Notes: generated by a model not told the origin, from the letters alone. A DNA stretch of 62,504 bases, filler included, from Basidiobolus ranarum (GCA_040143965.1; 39 parts of 39 records of this genome joined end to end with filler, not necessarily neighbours in it); one strand, 5' to 3'. Shown: positions 24,137 to 37,518, counted from the whole stretch's first letter. Numbers and translations are program-made.

Positions 24137-25642
24137 GGATCCCAAGAAGGTTGAGTCTGTTCTGTCTTAGGATACTCCCAAGAATGTAAAAGATGTGCAA
24201 TCATCCCTTGGTTTTGCAAATTTTACCAATGGTTTGTGAAGAACTACTCCAAATATGTGCTCCATAAGCAAACCTTACCAAAAAAGAACTCCCATATGAC
24301 TGGAACCTATCTTGCCCAGAAGCATTTTTAACTTTAAAGAATGCTTCTACCTTAGCATCAATCCTGGCACACCCCAAACTAGACAAACCATTGATTGTGA
24401 AACTGATGCATCTGACTTTGCTCTAGGAGCAGAACTATCAAAGTATGTTGATGACAACATACTGCACCCTATTTACTCAAGAAAGTTCTCTGTAGCAGAG
24501 ATCAACTATGACATCCAAGACAAGGAGCTTCTATCCATTATTGCTGCATTTGTACAATGGCAACAGTACTTGGATGGAGCAAATCACACAATTAGAGTCT
24601 ACTATGATCACTAGAATCTTCAGAACTTTAGTAAAGCCAAAGTTCTTAACCACTGTCCAGAAAGAGGGTCATTATTTCTTGCCAGGTTGGATAATGTGAT
24701 TATATATTGCTCAGGTAGCCAGCAAGGAAAACCTGACACCTTATCACATAGAGCAGAATATCAGCCTACAGAAGGGGATGAGGTCCTTGGCTAACAAAAT
24801 ACTTCCTTTTCGAAGCCTCACCAACTTGAAATTAGTGCTACTGCTATTTATCTGCCTAGTTCAAGGACATTCCATGAAGAAGTCTGCAAACTTTAATCAG
24901 AAGACCCATTGGTAAACTCAATCACAAAAGCCCAAGATATATTCAAAGGCCTCTCAAGCTTGAACATGTACTACCATTTCTCCATCATCTAAGATCTCTT
25001 GTTTTATAAGAAGCATATTTATATTCCAGACCACACTTTTAGACTCAAAACATGAAAGAAAGACATGACTGACCACTTGCAGGACATTTTGGTACTGCTA
25101 TATCATATATGTTGGTCTCCAGGGATTATTGATAGCCCATAATGTTTGCATTTGTCAAGACCTGTGTTTCCACCTATGATATATGTGCTCAAGCCAAGAA
25201 TCCAAGACATCAACCCTATGGCCTTCTATGGCCACTTCCAATCCCTGACTAGCAGTGGAAATCTATATCCATGGACTTCATCACTGACCTAACCTTGTTT
25301 GCCAAATATAATTCAATTTTGGTAACTTTTGACTTTCTTACACAGATGGCCCACCTTGTGCCCTGCAACATGTTGATTAATGCAAATCAAATGGCTGCAT
25401 TGGTAACTTAAAAAATCTTCTGCCTACATGGACTTCCTGAAACAATCTTCTCTGACCAAGGTCCTCAGTTTGCTTTCAAATTTTGGAAAAGTCTTCTCCA
25501 AACCTTGGGTATCTCTGCCAATCTCTCCACTGCCTTCCATCCCCAATCTGATGGCCAAACAGAAAGAGTCAACCAAGTTTTGGAACAATATTTGCTATGC
25601 ACCATTAGCTATTATCAAGAAAACTGAACACAACTCTTGCCT
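24137..25642 (+). pseudogene. Ty3/gypsy RT-RNase H-integrase remnant
   Basis: ETDASDFALGAELS; NYDIQDKELLSII; ISMDFITDL; FHPQSDGQTERVNQVLEQYL. Confidence 0.92.
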
Positions 25643-25742
25643 NNNNNNNNNNNNNNNNNNNNNNNNNNNNNNNNNNNNNNNNNNNNTTAATTAATTAANN
25701 NNNNNNNNNNNNNNNNNNNNNNNNNNNNNNNNNNNNNNNNNN

Positions 25743-26430
25743 CAGTATCTACCCCAATGGAGACAAATCTTAATTTGACCAAAAATGGCTCAAATCAGAT
25801 GTTCTTGGATTCAAATGAAAGCCAGAAATTTCCTTATCAATCTATGGTTGGTAGTTTGATGTATATCATAGTTAGAACATGGCCTGATATTGCATATTCT
25901 GTGGGAGTTATGTGCCAATATCTTCAAAATTATGGATCTGATCAATTCATAGCAGTTAAGTGGATATTCATATATTTGAAAGGTACTGTGGATCTATGCT
26001 TTAAATACACATGTTCTGAATCAAATCTTGTTCTGATGAGATATTCAGATGCAAATTTAGGAAGAGATATCAAAGACAGGAGATCTACAATAGGATACTT
26101 ATTTCTCTGCTGTAATGGAGCTATTTCTTGGAACTCAGAGAAACAACCTACCATAGCACTTTCAAAAACAGAAGCCAAATACATGGCTGCCTATGAGGCA
26201 ACAAAAGAAGCAATATTGTTAAGAAAACTCTTAACAGATTTGGGTTATTCTCAAAATTCCCCAAGTACAATATTTCAAGATAATCAAAGTTGTAACAAAT
26301 TAGCTAAAAATTCCTTCTTTCATAATAGAAGCAAACTCATAGATATTAAGAATCACTTCATTAGAGAAACTATGGAGAATGAGTTTATTGACTTCACTTT
26401 TTGTTTTATAGAAACATGATTGCTGATATA
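25743..26430 (+). pseudogene. Ty1/copia RT/RNase H
   Basis: PYQSMVGSLMY; ISWNSEKQPTIALSKTEAKY. Confidence 0.92.
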
Positions 26431-26518
26431 TTTGTTGAAATTAGCATTGCCTAAACAGCAATATTGTCATATATAACTTAGTACTTAGTTATCTTAAAAA
26501 AAGCTTGCACTCTCTTTA

Positions 26519-26899
26519 ATGTCTACTTCTCAATTTTATGGAACTTTTCCTTCTTCTGAAAAATTGGATGGAACCATTTATTGAGTTTAGAAATTAAAAT
26601 GAAAAAGCTGCTGCAAGAAAAAGGACTTTGGGACACTGTTGTAGGAGAAGAAAACAATGCAAAACTATCTGAAATCAAAGTTTTACACCAGGTTAGAAAA
26701 GAACAAAGTGCCTTCAACACAATTTGTCTTAATGTAAAAGACAAATTGCTAATTCAATGTTCAAGAGCTAAAATGCCAAGAAGGTATGGAAAGCCTTGGA
26801 TGACACCTACCAAACAAGTTCTGCTGCCAGCAAGATGTTTCTAAGAAGACAATTCTTTAACCTAAAGATGAAGCCACAAGAAGACATTAAATCACTAAT
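26519..26899 (+). pseudogene. Copia gag fragment after a deleted LTR-A
   Basis: Matches 45662-46040. Confidence 0.8.
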
Positions 26900-27248
26900 T
26901 GTTGTGTCCAAGAGAAAAGTGGATAAAAAGTCTTGAACTTTACTGAACCAAAGAAACAGTTAAGTGCAGAATCTTAGAACTGTTTAAGCAGGATATATCA
27001 GCAGAGCAGATCTAACTAATATATGTCTTGGGAATAGCAGTGGGTTGCTATGTTACGGTAGAGAGTAGGTTTGCTAGGCAGCTAGGCTTGGTGTTCTATA
27101 GGTGCTAGTGGATACTAGGCTTGGATAGAAATGAGATGGGAATATTGAATTTGTTGAGGAACACTGAGAAGTGTTGAGATCCTATATTCGTTGAGACACA
27201 CACTAAACCAAAAGGTTCAGTTAGCTTTATTTATACTTTTTGATAGCA
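26900..27248 (-). mobile_element. Gypsy (chromovirus) LTR family C, partial
   Basis: TGTTGTGTCCAAGAG end; overlaps 59407-60019; also at 42177 and 56212. Confidence 0.8.
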
Positions 27249-27348
27249 NNNNNNNNNNNNNNNNNNNNNNNNNNNNNNNNNNNNNNNNNNNNTTAATTAA
27301 TTAANNNNNNNNNNNNNNNNNNNNNNNNNNNNNNNNNNNNNNNNNNNN

Positions 27349-27680
27349 ATCCTTTCATGTGGTTGGTGGGTATTCCAAGCACGGATTTACTTACTGTCGC
27401 TCGCTTGATGGCTACCAAGATGTTCGTTAATGAATTCGCAGCATTTGCCGAACTGGCCAGATTAACCACGTCAGGTGTACTTCAGGAGCGAACCGCATCT
27501 TTGGGCATTTATTGCCTCTGTGGATTTGCCAATTTCGGATCCATTGGTATTCAAATTGGCGCCTTGGGAGCCATGGCACCTTCTCGCAAAAAGGATCTTG
27601 CTGAGTTGGCCTTTTCTGCTATGCTGTGCGGTACCATGTCTACTTTGATGAGTGCAACTATTGCTGGTATGCTGCTTTAA
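27349..27680 (+). CDS. Concentrative nucleoside transporter (CNT/SLC28), C-terminal fragment
   Basis: KMFVNEFAAF...YCLCGFANFGSIGIQIGALGAMAPSR. Confidence 0.93.
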
Positions 27681-28329
27681 ACACTCACTCTCTGAGCATA
27701 GAATGCATATTGGAGTTTCAGCCCAACAACACACTGGTTCGACTTATTAACTACATTCATTTGCATCTAATCATTTTCCACACATCATTTTTTGTACAGT
27801 TTGAAAGTTTGTCTTTAATAAATCAGCCTTTGGTAATACAATGCCTATGCTACAACTGCCACGATCTGAATGAGATTACTCAATTATCGAACCAATATAT
27901 ATGGGATCAAGTACATGAGAGGATTTGGTAAGAACGTATACTCTTTTTGGAATTGCCAACCTATTAATAAATAACTTTATAGTTCATCTATGGATTATAT
28001 TTGTATGCTTATTATGCCAAGTAAATTGGATTGGGTATTAATATGTTGGGCTTAAATAAGTTGGTAACATTATAATTATTTCTTGCATGTACCTAACTAA
28101 TCCACTCATGGCATCAATTTGAAAAATATATATATTTGAGAACTTTCAAGTTAGTAAAAATATTCTAAATAAATTCCTTTTGAGAATAATGGATAATATC
28201 TTAGTGAAATATAAGATAACTAAGTACTAAGCTATATATGACTATATGTATGTTATGCAATGCTAATTTTAACAATTTCAAAACTCTCTCTCAACTTAAG
28301 AACCATATAAACTAATCCTAAGGAAGGTC

Positions 28330-28854
28330 TAAATTTCTCAAATTTCTGTCTAGCTAGTGGTTTAGTTGATATATCAGCAATCATGTCTTCGTAGAACAAT
28401 AATTTTAGTCTATAAACTTATTCTCCATAGTTTCTCTGATGAAGTGATGCCTAATATCTATGTGTTTGCTTCCATTATGAAACATGGGATTTTTAGCTAA
28501 TTTGATACAACTTTGATTTTCTTGATATATTGTAGTTGGTGAATTTTGAGAATAACCTAAATCTGTTAAGTGTTTTTATAACCATATTTTTTCTTTTGTT
28601 ATTTCATAGGCAGCAATGTATTCTGCTTCTGTAGTTGAAAATTCTGTTGAAATTCGCATTGCCTAAACACCTATATAGTCATATATAGCTTAGTACTTAG
28701 TTATCTTATAATTCACTAAGATATTATCAATTATTCTCAATCGGAATTTACTTAGAATATTTTTACCAACTTAGAAGTTCTCAGATATATAGATTTTTTC
28801 AAACTTGTGCTAGAAGCCCCAAACTTTGCACACATGTTCCTGGGACCTTCCTTA
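28330..28854. mobile_element. Copia RNase H remnant (minus) with LTR-A inserted at ~28645
   Basis: Homology to 50850-51150 and 45283 onward. Confidence 0.75.
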
Positions 28855-28934
28855 NNNNNNNNNNNNNNNNNNNNNNNNNNNNNNNNNNNNNNNNNNNNTT
28901 AATTAATTAANNNNNNNNNNNNNNNNNNNNNNNN

Positions 28935-30460
28935 NNNNNNNNNNNNNNNNNNNNGCTAGATGTTGACCTTGGTTATTCCAGTACCAATGGTAGTATATCA
29001 GAAGTTAAAGAAGAAGAAGATGTTTTTGTAACAGACTCTTTGTTATTAGCAGACATTAGTCCACTCATGTCACTTACTGTGAAGGAAGCAGCTTTGATTA
29101 TTGAGGAGCGGAGAGTTCAATCCAATCTTAGCAACCAGGTGTTTGTTGGTTTTCTTACACTTTTACCACAGTTGATTGGCAACTGCTGCTTGCCACTGAC
29201 CTGGTACAAGTTGAAAACACTTGTCAATTGTACAACTTATAATCCTTCATTAATTAAGCTACCTTCATGTCCAAATGGTCATTTGGCTTTCACCGGTGAT
29301 CTGAAAAACATGAAGTCACGTACTGTTTGCACACAAATGGCAATCACTGAATCAGGTAAATATTGTTCATATTCAGCTTACATATTGTTGATTCCCTATC
29401 TGAGAGTTTTGATGAAAACACCCAAATATAGATCATTGATCCAATACCAAAGTACTCACCATAAAACTGATGGTATTACCAACATACCTGATGGATATCA
29501 CTACCAGAATCTGAAAAGTCAAGGTTTCTTTGAGAACATGTATGATCATGCATTTACATTGGCTCTGGATGGTTTCTCACTAAACAAATATACCATTGGA
29601 AAGGCTTGCTGGCCAATTATTTCAATTAACTTAAATGTTCCTCCTTCTGTATGGTATAAGAGTCATAATATTTTGATACTATCCATCATATCTGGACCTA
29701 AATCACCAGTGCTTATAGATAGCTTCTTGGAGCCTTTGATTGTGGAATTTGAATGGTTATCTAATGGGGTTCAGATGGGTGAATATTTTATTAAAGCTAA
29801 TATCATTGTATGTATTGGTGACACTCCTGCCATCAGTAAACTTGGAGGTTTTTGCGGGCACAATGCACTATCTTGCTGTAGATTTTGTCAAATCAATGGA
29901 GTTTACTCTAACAGGCATATGCATTACTACTATCCAAATACAACACTAAACTTCATGATTTTACCATTGAGAGCCCGGTCTGATTACAATATGATCACTG
30001 ATATCAATTCACCAAATAGTCAGTCTAACATCAAACTAGGTATTAGCCGTTAACCTAAGATTATATTACTAAAGGCAATCAGCTGGAGCCAGAGCTTCCC
30101 ATCCGGCACTATGCACTTACTATTCATCAGCATTCCAAGACTACTTACTCAGCTATATAGTGGAAAATTCAATATGAATGAGCCATTTGAGATAGGATCA
30201 AAGTTTGAATCAATTAGGAAAATGCTTGAAAACATCAAGATACCATAATATTTTACCAGGATTCCCATCAATATCCACTTGTCTAGGCATTCATTCAAAT
30301 GCAAAGACCAGAATTATTGGATTTGTATATATTCAAGTGGAATTTTGCAAAGATTTATGCCTGAGAAGTGTTGGCAACATTGGGAGTTGTCCTTGTGGAT
30401 TTCGATATTTTCAACAGGTACCTTAGTAGAGCTGAAGTTTTTTCAAATTAAACATTTATG
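28935..30460 (+). pseudogene. CMC/CACTA (Tnp2/Transposase_21-like) transposase, 337-aa open stretch then stops
   Basis: LALDGF...WPIISINLNVPPS..Y...NILILSIISGPKSP..IDSFLEPLIVE...GDTPAISKLGGFCGHNALSCCRFC. Confidence 0.88.
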
Positions 30461-30560
30461 NNNNNNNNNNNNNNNNNNNNNNNNNNNNNNNNNNNNNNNN
30501 NNNNTTAATTAATTAANNNNNNNNNNNNNNNNNNNNNNNNNNNNNNNNNNNNNNNNNNNN

Positions 30561-32065
30561 TGGTGATATAGGTCCAGATATGATTGATAGTATCAAAATA
30601 TCATGACTCCTATACCGTTTGGAAGGAGGAAGATTTAAGTTGATTAAAATTATTGGCCAGCCAGCCTTTCCAATGGTATATTTGTTTAGTGAGAAACCAT
30701 CCAGAGCCAATGCAAATGCATGATCATACATGTTCTCATAGAAACCTTGACTTTTCAAATTCTGGTAGTCATATCCTTCAAGTATATTGGTAATGCCATC
30801 AGCTTTATGGTGAGTACTTTGGTATTCAATCAATGATCTATATTTGGGTGTTTACATCAAAACTTTAAGATGGGGAATCAATGGTATGTAAGCCAAATAT
30901 GAATGATATTTACCTGATTCAGTGATTGCCAATTGTGTGCAAACAGCACATGACCTCAGGTTTTACAGATCACTGGTGAAAGCCAAACAACCATTTGGAC
31001 ATGGAGGTAGTTTAATTACTGAAGGATTATAAGTCATATGATTTACAAGGGTTTTCCACTTGTACCAGGTCTGTGGCAAGCAACAGTTGCCAATCAACTT
31101 TGGTAAAAGTGTAAGAAAACCAATAAACATCTGGTTGCTAAGATTAGATTGAACTCTCCACTCCTCAATAATCAAAGCTGCTTCCTTTACTGTACGTGTT
31201 ATGAGTGGACTAATATTTGCCAATAACAAAGAGTCTATAACAAAACCATTGTCCTCTTCTTCAACTTCTGATATACTAACATTGGAACTGGAAAATCAAA
31301 GTCAACATCTAACAGCAAGTCCTCAAAGTAGTATGGACTTACTGGTTTGACTAAAGTTGCATTTTGACTTATATCATTCTGGTCATATAACTGTGGTAAC
31401 TCCATGGTGTCTTGACTGTGGCAGTGTTACCAAAACTTTGAGGTAAACTACACTCAGTGGATTCAATGGGCAAAACTAAAGTTGATTTAGTGTACTTATT
31501 ACTGTTGTTATACACCAGGCTCTGTGCAGCTGGTGATTTGTACAGTCACTGTGCTTGTGATTATTTTTCTATAAAGCCTCCAGCTTTCATCACACAAGCA
31601 TTTGTGACAATAATAGCAGAGATTCTCTAAATGTTTATGTTGTGGCATGAGAAGGATATTATGGAAAAAAGAACACCTCCCATATAAGGGTGGTATTTTA
31701 GGTATAGCCCATCAATATCATCAGCTGATTCTGAGATGGTGTCACAAATGAGTCATCAGGGGATTTACAAGATATTTCTGGTAATGGATGGCAATTTTGG
31801 TATATTATAAGCTGTGTCTAAGCAATTTCAGTACACCAAGTTTACCATCTGAAAATTTCAATGCCACTCAAAAAGTGCTCAAAATCTAAGTCAAAATCAG
31901 CTTCCAAGCCAAAGCCTGCTGGCACAAGAGGAAAAAAACCAGCAAGAACAGAGGACTTAATTGATGAGCAGTCTAGCAATTCACTATCCACTTTGGAAGG
32001 CACTAACATTCTGGAAGCTTACTCAAGTACCCTAGCAGAAATTTGAGGATTGTTATTTTAGGAAA
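30561..32065. mobile_element. CACTA-type element: transposase (minus, ATG ~31648) and accessory ORF (plus, ATG 31861), divergent
   Basis: Homology to 28935-29720; MPLKKCSKSKSK ORF; nested left end at 32030. Confidence 0.82.
31749..31755. promoter_or_regulatory. AP-1/Gcn4-type TGAGTCA in the element's bidirectional intergenic region
   Basis: Present in all six visible copies (~10999, ~22984, 31749, ~32331, ~41231, ~44515). Confidence 0.45.
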
Positions 32066-32165
32066 NNNNNNNNNNNNNNNNNNNNNNNNNNNNNNNNNNN
32101 NNNNNNNNNTTAATTAATTAANNNNNNNNNNNNNNNNNNNNNNNNNNNNNNNNNNNNNNNNNNNN

Positions 32166-33670
32166 GCCAACAGGCTATACCTGAAAGCCCATTTTCACTT
32201 AGAATATGAATGCTTTTTGGTGGCATTGGAGTTTTCAGATGTAAACCAGGTGTAATGAAACTGCTTAGAAACAACTGAGGATGAACCAAAATTGCCATCC
32301 ATAATCAGATAAATCATGTAAATCCCCTGATGACTCATCTGTGACATTATCTTAGAATCATCTGCTGATAGTGATGGATATACCTGAAATTCTGCCCCTA
32401 CATAGTGGTTGTTTTTTTCCATAATATCTTTCTCATGCCACAATACAAATGTTCAAACAAGCTCTGCTATTACGGTCATAAATTCTTGTGCCTTGAAAGC
32501 CAGAGGCTTCATTGAAAAAATAATCACAAGCACAGTCATGGTACAAAGCTACCAGCTGCCCAAAGCCTGGTGAATATTATTAGTAATAAGTGCACAATAT
32601 TGACCTTAGTTTAGCTCACTGGATCCATTGGTCTATACCACAGAGTTTGGATAATAATGCTGAAAGATACCATTCAAACACCATAGTTATATGACCAAAG
32701 TGATGTGGGCAGAAGTGCAAGTGTGGTCAAGCCAGTAAGTCCAGCAAACTTAGAGGACATGTTGCTAGATGCTGATCTTGGCTATTTGCATGCTGCAGGC
32801 AGTTTATCCAAAGAGCAAGAACACAATGGTTTTGTGATGAACTCTTTGTTATCAGCAAGCATTGAATCAACTCATAACACTCATGGTAAAGGAAGCAGCT
32901 TTGATTATTGAGGAGTGGCAAGTTCAATCCAATCCGAGCAAGCAGGTGTTATTGGCTTTCTTTAACTCTTATCACAGTTGATTGGCAATTGTTGCTTGCC
33001 ACAAACATAGTACAAGTGGAAAACACTTTAAGTTGTATGACTTACAGTCCTTTAGTGACTCTAAAGCCTCCATGTCCAAATGGTTGTTTGGCCTTTACCA
33101 GCTATCTGAAAAATGCATCTGCAATGGCTCTGGATAGTTTCACACTAAACAAACATACCATTCAAAAGGCTTGCTGGCTGTGTGCCCTGGAAGGGTGTAT
33201 CCAATCCTGATCAAATAGATTTAAACTTTGCCGCAATATCCTTCTTTTGCCCCAACACACACATTTAAAGAAGTCTTGCTATTGTTTTGACATGTTCTTC
33301 TGCCACAAGGGTTGAAGGCTGTATAGAATAATAATCCCAAACATGATCTCTGTACAAAGCCTTAAGCTGGGAGCTTGCTGGCCAATAATTTTAATTAACT
33401 TAAATTTGTCTCCTTATGAACAGTTAGAGAGTGATATCATTTGATTCTATTCATCACATCTGGATTTAAATCATCAGTACCTATAGATAGCTACTTGGAG
33501 CCTCTAATCAAGGAATATGAATGGTCAGCTAATGGTGTTCATATAAGTGAATATTTTAAAAAGTTTATATCATTAAATATATTGATATCCCCCCTGCCAG
33601 TAGTAAACATGGAGGTCTTATTGGGCATAATAACTATAATGCTGAAGATTCCATCCAATTAAAGGAATTT
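32166..33670 (+). mobile_element. Diverged, rearranged copy of the CACTA-type transposase region
   Basis: Weaker homology to 28935-29850. Confidence 0.7.
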
Positions 33671-33770
33671 NNNNNNNNNNNNNNNNNNNNNNNNNNNNNN
33701 NNNNNNNNNNNNNNTTAATTAATTAANNNNNNNNNNNNNNNNNNNNNNNNNNNNNNNNNNNNNNNNNNNN

Positions 33771-35275
33771 GTGTAGACGTTCATGCAAAGATCTTTCCAA
33801 GGAAATATCAAGGAGACATCAAAAATAAAAGAAACAAATGAGCATATACTTCTTCAACCCTGGGCAACTGCTGAATGCTCTGGTTAATACTTACATTATC
33901 TTATCTTTACTGTTTAGTGCATCATGCATAATTGATATGGATTGAGGTTAATTATAGTATAAACTGCTTCAGTTGCATTACAATTGCTTATGTCTTTATG
34001 AAACACTGATAGCATGATATCTCATATATCAAAAAATCAATGATAGCTTATTGATACAAGCAATTTCATTACAATTAAATGAAAAATGTCTGTCAATAAA
34101 AAGCTTGTGTAGCCATATTGTCTCAATATAGCTTAATCCATTCATATTCTCGCCCAATTAGAAGCTCACATGATTGAATGAGTAATTTACAAATCTAAAA
34201 ATGATGAATTAAGCAATCCTGATGACTACTATCATACTGCAGATCAATCCATCATTGAGTGCTGTGATTTGTCACAAGGGTGCCAAAACTACTGGTATTT
34301 TGTGATGCAGGAGCCATTAAGCCCAATTGAAAATCAGGATACTATGTTAGTGAGGGACAAATGATTGGCTTAAAAGCATTTAAATGTCTTGGTTATACAT
34401 TTGATTGGATAAGTTACAGTAAAAATTGCTTATTGTTACCCATTCAATAATTTGTAAGCTACAAACTAGGGGATGAACTTGCTTTGTCAGTCACCCAAAT
34501 CTTAATTTGACAATGCTAAATTGGGTAACTGGTATGGGCTGGCACAATATCTCCAAAAAAATCATTATGTCCAATTGTAGTGGGATAATGCCCTATTGTT
34601 CCTTATAGTGTCTGATTCAGTGTTATAAGACCTAGCCATTGTAATTGACAGATCATGCCAGAAGGTGTGATAGCAGGTTGGATTGAGCGGCACAATCTCA
34701 CCTGGTCCAATGAAACAAATCTTATCTTGCCCAAAATCACTTTGAGTTGAGCCAACAATAGGAAAACCAAAGACTGAGCATTACTCAGAAGGTTCCTGAC
34801 TTATTTCACATGGCTATCCCATGTTTTTATAAGCAAATAGCAATTGGACAAGTTTAGGACTACTCATGAAATATCTCAACACTGTATGCAATAGTTAACT
34901 TGGAAAAGAAACAGAAACACTAAAGATGTACTAAATGAGCAGGAAGTTAGTAAACCCAAGGGAAAAGCAAAGGAGCCTGTGAGCCTAGGCTCTACTGTCC
35001 CACTTACCAAGTTCTTCACCCCATCATAAAGATTGGTATTGCCGGAGTAAGATATTTCAGTAGAGATTCTGACAAAAAGGCCAAATATTGCCATGCAGCC
35101 AAGTACACCAGTGGCAGGGGTGCAAAGTTGGAAGTTTATCCAACACCTGGCATCCCTCAACAAGCTAAAGCACCAGCAAATAAAACTCATGACTCACCAA
35201 CCTCAACTGGTACATTTGAAGTTGTTGAAATTAGCCCCAAACTTAAAAGTAAGAAAAAAGCTGCCCAAATATTGC
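33771..35275 (+). mobile_element. Repeat homologous to 120-830, followed by a diverged CACTA accessory ORF segment
   Basis: 33800-34515 matches 120-830; 34760-35260 matches the reverse of 9661-10030 and 42950-43290. Confidence 0.6.
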
Positions 35276-35375
35276 NNNNNNNNNNNNNNNNNNNNNNNNN
35301 NNNNNNNNNNNNNNNNNNNTTAATTAATTAANNNNNNNNNNNNNNNNNNNNNNNNNNNNNNNNNNNNNNNNNNNN

Positions 35376-36480
35376 TAGTCTCTACATATGCACATGGTTG
35401 ACTGATTGGACATAACTCAACAACATCAATATGCTATACCGGCAAACTAACATTGAAAAATTTGCTAAATATCTAAAATTTTGAATAGCACTGACACTTG
35501 GCAAATAGCTGACTCTTGTTACCATTCACAATGAGAATAAGCTCTTCAATTTTGGCAAATTTCCATAAAGAATTCAGCCAAAATATCCCCAACTTGTGGT
35601 CAAAACATGTTCTGCCACAAGTAGATGTTTCATTGCTTGAATAGATAACCCCATGGCTAAAACAATTATACTGCATATCTTGATCTACCTCACCAAGAAA
35701 TTTGACTTGCAGCTTTCCTAAAAATACTTTAGATTATCACACAAACAAATTAGTGCAAATTGTAGAGGTACTTACTCTGTGTCCATGGATTGGGCTTTGT
35801 TGCTGTTATTGTGTGCAAAAAATGCAAAAACCCATGAGCACATTGAAAAGGGCCCTTTGTTGAAAGGTTAATATACTCTGGAGTGTCATTAACCCAATGC
35901 ATTTCATCTATCACTGATTGTGCTGATATATTGTTAAGCAGATTAGCATATGGTAATACTGACAATCTTACACAGATTGTCATTTCACCACAGGTACATT
36001 GCATTGTGGACTCCCAGAATGTATACTAAGGGCCTATAATCTCTAAGCATTGTGAAAGAAGCAGCAGGGAATGTATTGAATACTGGCATAGATTCAGTCC
36101 ATCTTCTTTAAACCTGTAGTAAAGTTTTTCATATCCATTTATAAAATCTTTGCACAGTTGCTGTATCTAGCTTAGATCTGCCAATGTGAGTTGATGCCCT
36201 AAGACTATATTCACAATATCAACTAACAACTCCAAATGTTGCCATCATTTATCAGGCAGAAATCTTTTTGAAATTACACTTCAATATATACATATTCAAT
36301 ACTTCCAGTCTTTGCATTTGAATAAATGCCTAGATGAGTGGATATTGATGGGAGTCTTGGTAAAATATGAAGGTATCTTGATGTTTCAAGCATTTTCCCA
36401 ATCAATTTAAACTTTGATCCTATCTCAAATGGCTCATTCATATTGAATTTTCTACTATATAGCTGAGTAAGTAGTATTGG
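35376..36480 (-). pseudogene. CACTA-type transposase C-terminal half
   Basis: Overlaps 30130-30440 at one end and 1190-1400 at the other. Confidence 0.75.
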
Positions 36481-37407
36481 AATGTTAGACTCATTCCATT
36501 TTATTGAGCCACATCAGGCCAGCTAAAAAGTGTGCCTGCACAAATTGGCATGATTGGGCACAATCTGGCATGATGTTATTAACCATTTTGGAAACAGTTT
36601 ATTTTACTTATGTGGTATGTTTAAGAAAAGTACTTTTAGACATTATTGCAAATTCAAAAGATGATGAAAGCTTTATTCATAGTGTCTTAAGTCTGGAGCT
36701 CTCAATGGATATCTTTGAGTATGGATGTATTGAGAATTAATCAAGATTTTGACTACTTTGCCTGACTTTGATTGCGGCCCACAAAATGATTTTCCTCTAT
36801 ACTCTCCTGCTACAATGCTATATCTCTTTAGGAAACCAAAGCTATGTTCTACTCTTGCTCTAAAATGGGAAAAAATGTCANNNNNNNNNNNNNNNNNNNN
36901 NNNNNNNNNNNNNNNNNNNNNNNNTTAATTAATTAANNNNNNNNNNNNNNNNNNNNNNNNNNNNNNNNNNNNNNNNNNNNTTGAGGTGCACTTGGATAAC
37001 AACCATGACCATATAAAGCAAACACGACAATAGGAATGTCTATGTTGGGATTATCTCTCATATGTAAGGGTTGGTATAGTTCAAGATCCCTTAGCACATT
37101 TCATATATATTAGGTAATTTGGCATCCAGAGTTTGTGGCAGAACAGTTTATAGGGTTAGCTAAATTTAACTTGTGTATAACATAAGCAACTATGCACACC
37201 ATCTAAATACCGACAATTATTGAAAACAAATTTTTCCACGGTATCAAGATCTGAAATTGTGGATATCGGGTATCTCAATCTAGATCCCGAAAATATGTTA
37301 AACAGAGTGGGGGGGTATCTCAATCTAGATTCTGAGAGTACGTTGTACAGAGTTGGGGGTATCCAAATGCAACAATGGCAACCGAACAAGTTGCACTAAT
37401 GATGCTG

Positions 37408-37518
37408 ACATTAGTTGTGTGGTTTAAAACATTAGTTGTGTGGTTTAAAATACTAGTTGTGTGGTTTAAAATATTAGTTGTGTGGTTTAAAACATTAGTT
37501 GTGTGGTTTAAAACATTA
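37408..37518. repeat. 21-bp minisatellite x5 (ACATTAGTTGTGTGGTTTAAA)
   Basis: Direct reading; minus strand encodes NVLNHTT repeats. Confidence 0.9.

Noticed and set aside
36481-36880. Unrelated CpG-poor segment abutting the transposase
   Set aside because: Probably another TE fragment, but no diagnostic motif or termini
37408-37518. 21-bp repeats as a CRISPR array
   Set aside because: Tandem with no spacers, no cas genes, eukaryotic context
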